The translations under genes were made by a program, and so were the position numbers. Positions 45,619 to 56,900 of a DNA stretch of 64,000 nucleotides are shown here, piece after piece. This stretch comes from Paramoeba atlantica (lineage: Eukaryota; Protista; Discosea). The notes under the pieces were generated by a model, which was not told the origin of the DNA, did not search any database, and worked only from the letters and a program-made list of their open reading frames with translations. The stretch lies in assembly GCA_977017575.1 (NCBI GenBank), contig CDRNVI010000026.1, positions 496,001 through 560,000 on the forward strand, given 5' to 3'. How positions within the stretch are numbered: position 1 is the first letter of the stretch; each line of letters opens with the position of its first letter.

Positions 45619-46458
45619 ATGGATACCTCTGAACCCCTATTCCCCCAACGTCCCTCCAAAGTTCGAGGAACCGGCCTCCCTCCGGTTTTTCTTCTCACAC
45701 GTTTTATTCTCAACGTGACGCATTCTTTTTTCACTCACCAGCCCCCTGACTCACTTTCACAGTGGCCTGGAGTCGTACTGAATGCTCATCAAGAAGTCAT
45801 CGAAATCAACTGGTCCTCCAGAGGGATGCTGGGAACCCTCTCCTGGGCTTATCTTCCCTGTACGCTTATTAACCTAAACTTAGGCAACGGTTTTTTGGGT
45901 GGGAGAAAGTCAAATCAACTCTTTGGTGACGTTGAGTTATCTCTACTTCCGCATTCCTAGCAGCTTTTTAATCTTTTTCGCAATAGCTTCTCCGGGGAGC
46001 TATCTCTTTCGCATCTTCCGCCTGGTTTGATTGAGTTCACAGCTTCGTCGAATGCGTTCACCGGTTCGATTTGTTTGCTTCATTTGCCTCGCACTTTGGA
46101 GTTACTTTTTCTCAAGGATAATCACCTTTGTGGTTCTCTGGATCTTGGTTCATTGCCTCCCGCTTTAAAAAATATCAGTCTCTCGCGTAATCGATTTCAT
46201 GGTGAAATTCGTCTGGATGGTCTTCCTGTGCATCTGCACACACTTTCGCTGCATGGTAACCAGTTATGTGGTTCTCTTGACCTCACTCGTCTCCCTGCCT
46301 CTTTACGAACGCTTCACTTGTCCTCAAATCGTTTTGCAGGGCATTTACAGCTTCCCACGGGCGGTGACAATGAGGGAAAGTTTTTTAATTTTCGACAGAA
46401 CATGTTTGACTCGTACAGTCCGCGTCCCGCTCCGTCCTATGTGTTGATGTGGCCCTGA
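45619..46458 (+). pseudogene. LRR protein paralogue with one in-frame TAG (45958-45960)
   Basis: Reads ...LSLLPHS*QLFNLFRNSFSGEL... in frame, and the cap KVRGTGLP is shared with 39869 (KVRGTELP). Confidence 0.8.
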
Positions 46459-46669
46459 TGGAACAGGATGCACGTCCTTTGTCAGACTTATTTTTTATAC
46501 CACAGGTGTATCACACAGTCTGTAAATGACAGATTGTCACAAACAACTGTCTCCAGATATTTCTACACGATTAAACTGCCACGGTACTTACAGTACTCCA
46601 GAAATCGTATCATACCCGTAAAGCAACAATTTTCAATTTTAATAAGGAAAATATTTCGAAAAAACAATT

Positions 46670-46732
46670 TTTCAGTTTTTTTCTTCTTTGAATCCTTTTT
46701 CTCTTTTGTCTTTCTCTTTTTCTTACTCCGAG
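46670..46732 (+). promoter_or_regulatory. Polypyrimidine tract and AG, probable trans-splice acceptor of cyclin L
   Basis: ~60-nt pyrimidine run ending CCGAG, four bases before the ATG at 46737. Confidence 0.6.
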
Positions 46733-46736
46733 CATT

Positions 46737-48491
46737 ATGCCCGAATTAGGTGAGTACTTAGTCGACCCCTCACTCACGGACTCCACCTCTACGCCCTCCG
46801 CAAAAGACAATGTGCACCCGGCAATGGAAAAAGAGCTCCGTATTTTCGGTTCCGAAGTCATTCTCAACGCTGCCGTGCTTCTCCGTTTGGATATCTTCAC
46901 CGCTACCCGTGCCATGGCTCTCTTCCAACGGTTTTATTTTCACCGCAGTCTTCGCGAACTTTCCATTTGGAGATGTGCCCAAGCCTGTTTACTGATTTCA
47001 CTCAAAGTAGAGGAAAACATCCGACCCCTTCATGATTTGCTGCGTGTCTTCGAGACGCTACAAACGTTAAAAATGCGACCTGTGACCCCACAAGGCGTCG
47101 TCCAGCCCTCTCTCCCAACTTTTATCACTTTACCCACAAAACCCAACGAAAAAACAAAACCTTTAGAAGACGAAAGTATCGACAACCCCTTTCAAAAACA
47201 AACCCCCCTGTCTTCCCCATCTCCCCGTAACGCCCATCTCGAAGGCGTTGAAAAAAATGTTTCTAAATCAGCCGACACGGCGAAAGACGCAGCGCTCTCT
47301 CCCGAGCGCCCCGAGGCCTCTGATGCCTCGATCATCCAAGACGAGTCGTTTGTGTTGCAATCCCTGGGCTACGTGGTCTCCGTGGAACAGCCCCACCGGT
47401 TTGTCATCCCGTTCTGTCACGCGCTGCTGGCATCACGGGGTGAGGAGATGGTTTTCGAGGAGGAGGCGAAGAAGAAACGGAAGACTACCCATTCCATTTC
47501 TCCGGCTAAGAAACAACGAAACCCCCCCTCACAGGAAAAAGTGTCTGGTGTTATGTTTGAAATGAAACCGGAGCGGACACAACATAAAACGTGTTGGGAT
47601 ATACAGGAGGGAAGCGTACAAAAAAGTGTAACTTCACAGGAAAGGGAGGATTCAACTTTTCTTCCCGTTTCGCTAGAAAACGTGCTGCCTTGTATTCTCC
47701 AACGCGCATGGAATTTCGTAACGGATAGTTTTCGCACCACACTGTGCTGTCGGGAGAGTGCGGTGCATGTGGCCTGTGGCGCCGTGTTTTTGGCCTGTCA
47801 AAGTGTGGGGTTAGAACTTCCCCTGCCTCCTGTGTCGGGGTTATCGAGTGGTTTGCCTTCAAACCTGTTATCCGGGACACAAAGTGACAACACGGTCCAT
47901 GATTTGAAGGTACCAAATACGGTAGAAGGGTCTGAAAACTCAATGGGTAGAGATACGTTGGATCCTTCGCTGTTGTCTAATGCGTTGATCGGTGCAACAG
48001 GTAATGTTCACTGCGCAACACAGCCGACACAGGACGAAGCGGCTAGTGATCGCGGTTCAACGCTCAAAGGAGGTGAAAATATAGAAGTGAAAACTGAAAC
48101 TTGGACGCAAAACGAAGGAGTTTGTGTTTCAGATTCGAACGTTCACGATATGTCATGGTGCGAGTGTTTCAGCACCTCTCCTGCTGCTCTTCACTCTGTG
48201 ATTGATTCTCTTTTAGAGCTGTACTCGCAGCTTCATCCTTCGAGGTACTTTTTCTTGGAAAGTTCGAAATCCTATCAAAAGGCGAAAGATGATTGTTTGA
48301 AATCTCGGCTGGCACACGCTCAACTTTTACAAAAGAGTTTTCGCATTAAGCAGCAGTATCTTTTGGAAGAAGAGCGAAAGAAAAAAATGCAGACAGTCAT
48401 TCAAAGCCGTGTGCGTAAGGCGTGTGCCCAAGCGGAGCTTGTTGCTGTTGATTCCCATTCTCGAATGTTTTCAAAGAAAAATGTTAATTGA
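46737..48491 (+). CDS. L-type cyclin
   Basis: LRIFGSEVILNAAVLLRL...ALFQRFY...ACLLISLKVEENIRPLHDLLRVF, second cyclin fold QRAWNFVTDSFRTTLC...ACGAVFLA. Confidence 0.85.
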   Translation: MPELGEYLVDPSLTDSTSTPSAKDNVHPAMEKELRIFGSEVILNAAVLLRLDIFTATRAMALFQRFYFHRSLRELSIWRCAQACLLISLKVEENIRPLHDLLRVFETLQTLKMRPVTPQGVVQPSLPTFITLPTKPNEKTKPLEDESIDNPFQKQTPLSSPSPRNAHLEGVEKNVSKSADTAKDAALSPERPEASDASIIQDESFVLQSLGYVVSVEQPHRFVIPFCHALLASRGEEMVFEEEAKKKRKTTHSISPAKKQRNPPSQEKVSGVMFEMKPERTQHKTCWDIQEGSVQKSVTSQEREDSTFLPVSLENVLPCILQRAWNFVTDSFRTTLCCRESAVHVACGAVFLACQSVGLELPLPPVSGLSSGLPSNLLSGTQSDNTVHDLKVPNTVEGSENSMGRDTLDPSLLSNALIGATGNVHCATQPTQDEAASDRGSTLKGGENIEVKTETWTQNEGVCVSDSNVHDMSWCECFSTSPAALHSVIDSLLELYSQLHPSRYFFLESSKSYQKAKDDCLKSRLAHAQLLQKSFRIKQQYLLEEERKKKMQTVIQSRVRKACAQAELVAVDSHSRMFSKKNVN

Positions 48492-49134
48492 CCAGTTTCA
48501 TGGTCAATATGCACAAACAAAACAAAGCAAATAACGTGAACGAAAAGCAGAATTGAATAAATTAAACCCCCCTCACAGTTATTATTCACATTTTTTATTA
48601 TTTACAAGTACACTTATTGAGGGATACTCACCGTATCTCCATACGGTGAGCATCTAACTCGCTTACTAAGGTTAATTCCGCGAGCCCAAAATCGGCATAA
48701 AACAAGCACAAAAACGATTTTTTGAAAGTTTTAAAAACAGGGCTATGTCTTATCAATCAATCTCTGTAATACTCCAAAAATTAAAAAAATCGAGTGCAGT
48801 CAGCATTTTTTAGAACCCTTTTACCAAAAACAACGACTCGGAATGCGGCTCAGAGACGGACATTTTAAATCCGAAAAAAACACGAAGATGCTTGACTATG
48901 TTCCCAAAATTGACAGAACGTTCTTTGAAGTTTGATGAATATTTTTGAGCTCCTGAACTAACTTCAAGAACTACCTTTCTTTTTGAAACGCATTTCACTC
49001 GCCCACGGCATAACAAATGAACGAAAAAAAGGTATGATTTTCTCGGCCTTGAAAAAGTGGCCAGCTGGCCAACACCCCCTGGCAACCACCCCCTGGCACA
49101 ATGGTGAGCTGGCCAACACCCGGAAAAATCGCCA

Positions 49135-49462
49135 TCTGACTATCGGAAATTTTGACCTTGTCGGACCCCTCCTGCTCGTACCAGGTGGGGTACCCCCAGG
49201 GGGGGGGGATTATCGCCGCGGCCTACTCTACCACTTCGCCGCCCTCGATTTCGAAAAGCAAAAAATTCGAAAAAAAAATCGTACGGTATGCCCGCCCCCA
49301 TGGACCCCCCATTTTTTTCAATTTTTTTTTCTTTTTTTGACCACCGGATCCCCCTTTTATATTTAGGCTCTTTGTTAAACGCGGCGGTAGTTTTCAACGC
49401 GAAGCGCGCAGCACGAGTGACTTCTAAGTTGAAAACAACCACCGCGTTTAACAAAGAGCCTA
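49135..49462 (+). repeat. Hairpin-ended repeat family, copy 3 (partial; 99-bp hairpin at the right end, inverted)
   Basis: Body matches ~34150-34360. The hairpin at 49364-49462 has a loop that is the reverse complement of the 33781 loop. Confidence 0.75.
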
Positions 49463-50379
49463 AATATAAAAGGCTAAATATAAAAGCCTAAATAGTAAGT
49501 GGCGGAGTGGCAATAATTCAAAGTTTGAATCACATGGTGCTCAGACGGCGAGTTCAAACCCGCTCATCGCAATATTCCTGGCGGCCTCACTCTAAGAGGC
49601 TGGGCTGAGAACCGAATAGGCCCAATACTCGGAGGACCGTCCCGGACCCTCCCCCTCAGGGAACCAGCTCCCTTACCCGGCTTACACCTCTTGGATAAGC
49701 CGTGTTGACGTACAGTTCGTCGACGCAGCGTGTTGGCAACAGCACGTTGGTGCCGCCTTGGACAAGCGGAAACTGGTAGAGGACGTCGGCCTCGGAACTT
49801 CCAAATCTGTCTGTGAAGGGTCTGGCTTGCCAGTGACCATCCGGAGCAATCCGGAAATGATGATCACCCTGGTGGGGAGGGGGGTGGCAGGGGGTACCCA
49901 TCGGAACTGTTGAAAAACTAGTTATTTTGTCATTCAATTTGATTCATACGTCTACCTTTTTTCCTTGCGCCTCCTCCTTCCTCTGCGGCCTTGCGTGTCA
50001 CACACTTCCGGGTAAATTTTGGACTTTGTAGGTGTATTATCGGCACAGGGTGGAGAAATATCGAATGAAATCAAAGAGTATACAGGTATAGAAGGCTCGA
50101 AACTCTCAAAAAATGGTCTAGGAGTTGATTTGGGAAAAATATATTTTTTCACTTTCACCCATAAATTTTTAGTTTCTTTTTGCAAAATTTCAAAAATTGC
50201 TATGATCAGAACTAGTTATTTTGTCACAAAATTCGATTCATACATATTGGTGAAACGATATTTTGGTGAAACGATATCGGGCCACAAATCGGGCCACAAA
50301 TCGGGTACGACGAATTAACCTATGGTAGCGAGGGAGTAGTGCAGATTGAAAGGGGCGAGGGAGATACGAAGCAACAGGC

Positions 50380-50501
50380 GTGGCAGATTCCCACTGAAAA
50401 GAAATGGTATCTCCCCGCACGAAAAACGCCTTTTCGCTTTCTAGCTCGTAGACAAACTTCGTGCAGGGAGATACCATTTCTTTTCAGTGGGAATCTGCCA
50501 C
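50380..50501. repeat. 44-bp inverted repeat with a 34-nt loop
   Basis: Arms 50380-50423 and 50458-50501 differ at one position. Confidence 0.9.
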
Positions 50502-50728
50502 ACACAACAACAACAAAGACACTGATATTGAAATATCAGTTAACGGATTTGTAGTTCATACTAGTAACGAAGCATACAAAAATACAATATCACCTAGAAT
50601 TTGCGCGGTGAAGCACCTTCCACAGCCCTGTCATCCATGTATCCTAGTTACTTTCTTTGGAAATGCCTCTTTAGGGCGAATGTGTCTTCCAGCAACTCGC
50701 CTTCATATTCATTTGACCTTCTGACCTG

Positions 50729-50990
50729 TTAGAGGAAGTAAAGATAGCTGTCCTTTCTGTTGGTTACTCCAAATACGATGCGTCGCATGCGATTTATTTG
50801 AGTTTCAATCTCCTGCAATTCCGATTGATTTAAATTCCAAGTTCCCGGATTGTAGTATACAACAGGCTGTACAAGCGTTTTGTATATTTGAAACTTACAC
50901 AAAGCGGAAAGAGAAGACCAAATTGCTTTAAGTCTATGCATTACGCTCCAACCGAGCCGTACTCTCTCGTTTGGATTTGACCCGCCGTCC
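50729..50990 (-). pseudogene. Fragment of a second, diverged RTE-like element
   Basis: RVRLGWSVMHRLKAIWSS...VVYYNPGTWNLNQ parallels ORF 52491-52940. Confidence 0.8.
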
Positions 50991-50991
50991 T

Positions 50992-53954
50992 CCAACCAAC
51001 AACCAACCAACCATCACTGGGATAATAAATTAATATGTCCCAGTTGAAAGCTTCACAAATTTCTCCTACCCATAAAACACTTTGGCGGTGTCCACAAAAC
51101 TAACATATTCACCAGAAGCTTTTCAAAAACATCTTGCAACAACTTCCATGCATCCTAATCATTCGAGGTGGATGACGTTCCAGTACTTAGTCAAAGAATT
51201 GTGATATGAAATCGACTTTTCATTTTCAGCACAAACGGTTTACCTAATAAAACATTTTCACGCGAAACAACAGCATATCACCTTATCACACTATCCCTCA
51301 CCTGTTCAGAAAATGCGATCAAGGGGGGTATGAGGGGGGTATCATTTCTTTGGTGTTCGTAATACGTTCTTAGTTCGCGATCTATCGTCTTTCCCCTGAC
51401 GCTTTTCTGTCTTTTTGACGCAGTTCTCTCTTTTACTGAGTGTCAATGTGTTGTTGGACTGTACGCGTTCTTGTGATCTTGTGCGTTTCGTTTCCGTTTC
51501 TATCTCTGTATGGTTGCCTTTGCTAACTGTCCTACTTTTTGGCAATATTTTTACGTGCTCACCATGGGTGCATATTTGGCTAGAGGTTACCGATTTAAGT
51601 TTGCGCTGCATTTTGCTGCCATTAGAATCACCATTGGTATGGTTTTTGCGCTTGTCTTCTGCATGAGGAATCTCGCCGTAGAATCTCAAGGCCTTTTCTC
51701 CCTTGCTTATTTTACTTGCTTGTTTAGCCACCCAGTCTGCCATATAATTATGTGGATTTTCGTTATGCGCTTTAACTTTTACGCAGTAGAAGCGCTTTGT
51801 CCCTCTTAGCGAAATATATGTTTCTTGCAATTTTTGAAGTATAGCGCCTCCCTCAAACGATTTAAATCCTATGAATCTGAACCTATGGATAGCTCCATGA
51901 AATAAATCCCAAACATACTCAGAGTCCGTGTGCAAAATGACATCTCCATCGTAGGACAATGCGATGAGAAGAGCCTCGTGCGCGGCAAAGGATTCTATTT
52001 CCTGAATAGATTGAGAGAATTCATGATGAGGTTTTAACCCAAGAGATATAGAGGGCTCGCGGCGGCGTAGGCAGACTACCCCACAACCTGTGTGAGTTTC
52101 ATCCTTTTTAACGATTCGTGCTCCATCTGTATAAATGTGTGTTTCATTTGGCCGGATTGGAAATGGTTGCCGCCCTTCTTCAATGTATTGTAGGGTTTCG
52201 TAGCACCCCTTGTTTACCCCCTTTACCAAAAGATTTTCCCATAGTTTTGAAGTTGTTTTAGTGTACGAGGGCCTGGGTTCAAGCTGATTTTGAAAATTTT
52301 CAAGTTTCTTGCACCATTGAGACTGATTTTGACCAAGTTTTAGAATCTCAGATACGTCAGAATGTAACTCTTTTGCACATCTTTCTGATAGCGAGGGCTT
52401 GGAACTCTCATCATTCGTTCTCCATAGTACGGCAGTTACGAATGGAGTAGGGTGACGAATAAGGTGGCCTACTAGCGAGGCACGTTGCAATTATATCACA
52501 GTATTGGGCTTTAGGTCAGTGGGGTAAAGAGAGTCTACTCTGCAATGCGCCTCTTTCGAGCACTTGACTCCCAATACGACCCTCCTCATTCTGTTCATTT
52601 GGACTTCCACTTCATGTAGCTCTTTCTGATTTAAATTCCAAGTCCCTGGATTATAGTAGACCACTGATTGAACGAGGGACTTAAAGATGTGTAATTTGCT
52701 TTTTGGTGATATAGTAGAACTCCATATGGCTTTGAGTTTGTGCATTATTGCCCAACCTAATCGTACACGTTCTTGTGAGTTTGAGCTGCGATCCTCCTCG
52801 TTCTGAGTGCTACCCAAGTAGCGATAAGATGTAACTTTTGGTATATCGCCGAGTGTCGCTACTTGCAAAGGTCTTCCATCATCCTTAACTTTACCTAGTG
52901 TCATCCATGCCGTTTTGTTTGGTCCGACATTTATTTTCAAATTAGCTGCGGAAGTTCAAATTTCTGCGGAAGTTTTAAGTTTGTGCAACATTGTGCTTAG
53001 CTCCTCCTTGGATTCGGAGAAGAGAACTATATCATCAGCATAATTTATATCAGATACACGCAGTTCCTTTAGGCCTCTGCTCCTAGTTCCTGAGCTATGT
53101 GTCACAAGCCCTAAGCGATTTATGTCGATAAATTCAACCAAAATACGATCAAGCACCATAATAAACAGGTATGGGGCCAGAACGTTACCTTGAAGAGTCC
53201 CCTGTAAAAGTGGAAATGAGTCTGTATTACCGTATGGTGTTTTCACGTGCGATTTGAGATTTTGATAAATACACATGATCGTAGAACTGAGATTTTCGGG
53301 AATATCGAAAGCACGTAATGTCTCTTTTATCGCAGCGAATGATAATGAAGGAAAGGCTTGTTGAAAGTCGACGAAACAGACGAACACCCCAGCCCCTCGG
53401 CGCGATTTTTCCATTATTTCTAAAAACGTTGCCTGAGCGCCAGCTGTTGAGCGGTTAGGTCGAAATCCGAATTGATTCCCGCGAAGCGAACCTTCCACTG
53501 CTGGTTGTATTCTGTCTAAAATGATTCGATTCAAAATCTTCACTACATGATTCACAAGACAGATTGGTCTCCAATTTGTGAGTGAGCGCAAGTTACCTTT
53601 CTTTGGCAATGGGACCTGCAATATCGATTTCCAAGATTCATCCGCTTTTCCGGTTTTTCGTACTTCGTTCATTATATCCAGGAGAGCATTACGCAAGTCT
53701 TGATCAGCTGAAATAGCACGTAGAGATTCAACCGGGATATTATCATCGCCTGTAGCTTTTCCTGACTTAATCTTTACCATCGCAGCAGTTAGTTCCTCCA
53801 CTCGAAATTCACCATCATCAATTTTTGCCAGTCGTTTTGGTGCAGTAGGTAAACTTATTGCTTCCACTCCCCATTTCCGCTTTTTAGGTAGAAACAGGTT
53901 TCCCCGACAACACGTGGCCAATCGGAGTTTTTCTTTGACCGCCAAGAAACCCCC
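50992..53954 (-). mobile_element. 5'-truncated RTE-group non-LTR retrotransposon with C-terminal RNase H
   Basis: RT motifs KSGKATGDD, PLPKKG...NWRPICL, NQFGFRPNRST, FVDFQQAF, QGTLQG, YADD. RTE-type thumb. RNase H motifs YTDG/E/HTDS/KAH/MAD. A (TTGG)n-like tail lies at ~50992-51012. Confidence 0.85.
51342..53900 (-). pseudogene. RT-RNase H polyprotein remnant (frameshift ~52950, in-frame TAA at 52491-52493)
   Basis: A short imperfect tandem duplication (ACTTCCGCAG twice) shifts the frame after KLKTSA. ...NTVI*LQRASLVGHLIRH is in frame. Confidence 0.85.
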
Positions 53955-56900
53955 AAAAGTCTTCAAAAAAACAAAGGTCTTCAAAAAAACAAAGGTCTTC
54001 AAAAAAAGAAAGGTCTTCAAAAAAAACAACGGTCTTCAAAAACAAAGGTCTTCAAAAAAACAAAGGTCTTCAAAAAGTCAAAAGGTCTTCAAAAAAAACA
54101 ACGGTCTTCAAAAACAAAGGTCTTCAAAAAAACAAAGGTCTTCAAAAAGTCAAAAGGTCTTCAAAAAAAAAGGTCTTCAAAAAAACAAAGGTCTTCAAAA
54201 AAACAAAGGTCTTCGAAAAAACAAAGGTCTTCAAAAAAACAAAGGTCTTCAAAAAAACAAAGGTCTTCAAAAAAACAAAGGTCTTCAAAAAAACAAAGGT
54301 CTTCAAAAAAACATAGGTCTTCAAAAAAACAAAGGTCTTCAAAAAAACAAAGTCTTCAAAAAAACAAAGGTCTTCAAAAAAACAAAGGTCTTCAAAAAAA
54401 CAAAGGTCTTCAAAAAAACAAAGGTCTTCAAAAAAACAAAGGTCTTCAAAAAAACAAAGGTCTTCAAAAAAAAATGGTCTTCAAAAAAACAAAGGTCTTC
54501 AAAAAAACAAAGGTCTTCGAAAAAACAAAGGTCTTCAAAAAAACAAAGGTCTTCAAAAAAACAAAGGTCTTCAAAAAAACAAAGGTCTTCAAAAAAACAA
54601 AGGTCTTCAAAAAAACAAAGGTCTTCAAAAAAACAAAGGTCTTCAAAAAAACAAAGGTCTTCAAAAAAACAAAGGTCTTCAAAAAAACAAAGGTCTTCAA
54701 AAACAAAGGTCTTCAAAAAAACAAAGGTCTTCAAAAAAACAAAGGTCTTCAAAAAAAGAAAGGTCTTCAAAAAAAACAAAGGTCTTCAAAAACAAAGGTC
54801 TTCAAAAAAACAAAGGTCTTCAAAAAGTCAAAAGGTCTTCAAAAAAAAAGGTCTTCAAAAAAACAAAGGTCTTCAAAAAAACAAAGGTCTTCAAAAAAAC
54901 AAAGGTCTTCAAAAAAACAAAGGTCTTCAAAAACAAAGGTCTTCAAAAAAACAAAGGTCTTCAAAAAAACAAAGGTCTTCAAAAAAAGAAAGGTCTTCAA
55001 AAAAAACAAAGGTCTTCAAAAACAAAGGTCTTCAAAAAAACAAAGGTCTTCAAAAAGTCAAAAGGTCTTCAAAAAAAAAGGTCTTCAAAAAAACAAAGGT
55101 CTTCAAAAAAACAAAGGTCTTCAAAAAAACAAAAGGTCTTCAAAAAAAGAATGGTCTTCAAAAAAACAAAGGTCTTCAAAAAAACAAAGGTCTTCAAAAA
55201 AACAAAGGTCTTCAAAAAAACAAAGGTCTTCAAAAAAACAAAGGTCTTCAAAAAAACAAAGGTCTTCAAAAAAAACAAAGGTCATCAAAAAAACATAGGT
55301 CTTCAAAAAAACAAAGGTCTTCAAAAAAAAAAAGGTCTTCAAAAAAACAAAGGTCTTCAAAAAAACAAAGGTCTTCAAAAACAAAGGTCTTCAAAAAAAC
55401 AAAGGTCTTCAAAAAAACAAAGGTCTTCAAAAAAACAAAGGTCTTCAAAAAAACAAAGGTCTTCAAAAAAAACAAAGGTCTTCAAAAACAAAGGTCTTCA
55501 AAAAAACAAAGGTCTTCAAAAAAACAAAGGTCTTCAAAAAAAGAAAGGTCTTCAAAAAAAACAACGGTCTTCAAAAACAAAGGTCTTCAAAAAAACAAAG
55601 GTCTTCAAAAAGTCAAAAGGTCTTCAAAAAAAAAGGTCTTCAAAAAAACAAAGGTCTTCAAAAAAACAAAGGTCTTCGAAAAAACAAAGGTCTTCAAAAA
55701 AACAAAGGTCTTCAAAAAAACAAAGGTCTTCAAAAAAACAAAGGTCTTCAAAAAAACAAAGGTCTTCAAAAAAACATAGGTCTTCAAAAAAACAAAGGTC
55801 TTCAAAAAAACAAAGGTCTTCAAAAACAAAGGTCTTCAAAAAAACAAAGGTCTTCAAAAAAACAAAGGTCTTCAAAAAAAGAAAGGTCTTCAAAAAAAAC
55901 AAAGGTCTTCAAAAACAAAGGTCTTCAAAAAAACAAAGGTCTTCAAAAAGTCAAAAGGTCTTCAAAAAAAAAGGTCTTCAAAAAAACAAAGGTCTTCAAA
56001 AAGTCAAAAGGTCTTCAAAAAAAAAGGTCTTCAAAAAAACAAAGGTCTTCAAAAAAACAAAAGGTCTTCAAAAAAAGAAAGGTCTTCAAAAAAACAAAGG
56101 TCTTTAAAAAAAAATAAGGTCTTCGAAAAAACAAAGGTCTTCAAAAAAACAAAGGTCTTCAAAAAAACAAAGGTCTTCAAAAAAAACAAAGGTCATCAAA
56201 AAAACATAGGTCTTCAAAAAAACAAAGGTCTTCAAAAAAAAAAAGGTCTTCAAAAAAACAAAGGTCTTCAAAAAAACAAAGGTCTTCAAAAACAAAGGTC
56301 TTCAAAAAAACAAAGGTCTTCAAAAAAACAAAGGTCTTCAAAAAAACAAAGGTCTTCAAAAAAACAAAGGTCTTCAAAAAAAACAAAGGTCTTCAAAAAC
56401 AAAGGTCTTCAAAAAAACAAAGGTCTTCAAAAAAACAAAGGTCTTCAAAAAAAGAAAGGTCTTCAAAAAAAACAACGGTCTTCAAAAACAAAGGTCTTCA
56501 AAAAAACAAAGGTCTTCAAAAAGTCAAAAGGTCTTCAAAAAAAAAGGTCTTCAAAAAAACAAAGGTCTTCAAAAAAACAAAGGTCTTCGAAAAAACAAAG
56601 GTCTTCAAAAAAACAAAGGTCTTCAAAAAAACAAAGGTCTTCAAAAAAAAAAAGGTCTTCAAAAAAACAAAGGTCTTCAAAAAAACAAAGGTCTTCAAAA
56701 ACAAAGGTCTTCAAAAAAACAAAGGTCTTCAAAAAAACAAAGGTCTTCAAAAAAAAAAAGGTCTTCAAAAAAACAAAGGTCTTCAAAAAAAACAAAGGTC
56801 TTCAAAAACAAAGGTCTTCAAAAAAACAAAGGTCTTCAAAAAAACAAAGGTCTTCAAAAAAAGAAAGGTCTTCAAAAAAAACAACGGTCTTCAAAAACAA

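Noticed and set aside
48623-48654. 14-bp-stem hairpin after cyclin L resembling a terminator
   Set aside because: Intrinsic terminators are bacterial, and a single short hairpin with no U-tract is weak evidence.
49499-49565. A-box-like TGGCGGAGTG and B-box-like GAGTTCAAACCC suggesting a tRNA or SINE head
   Set aside because: I could not fold a cloverleaf: the acceptor and T stems do not pair and the anticodon loop is non-canonical. tRNAscan-SE would settle it.
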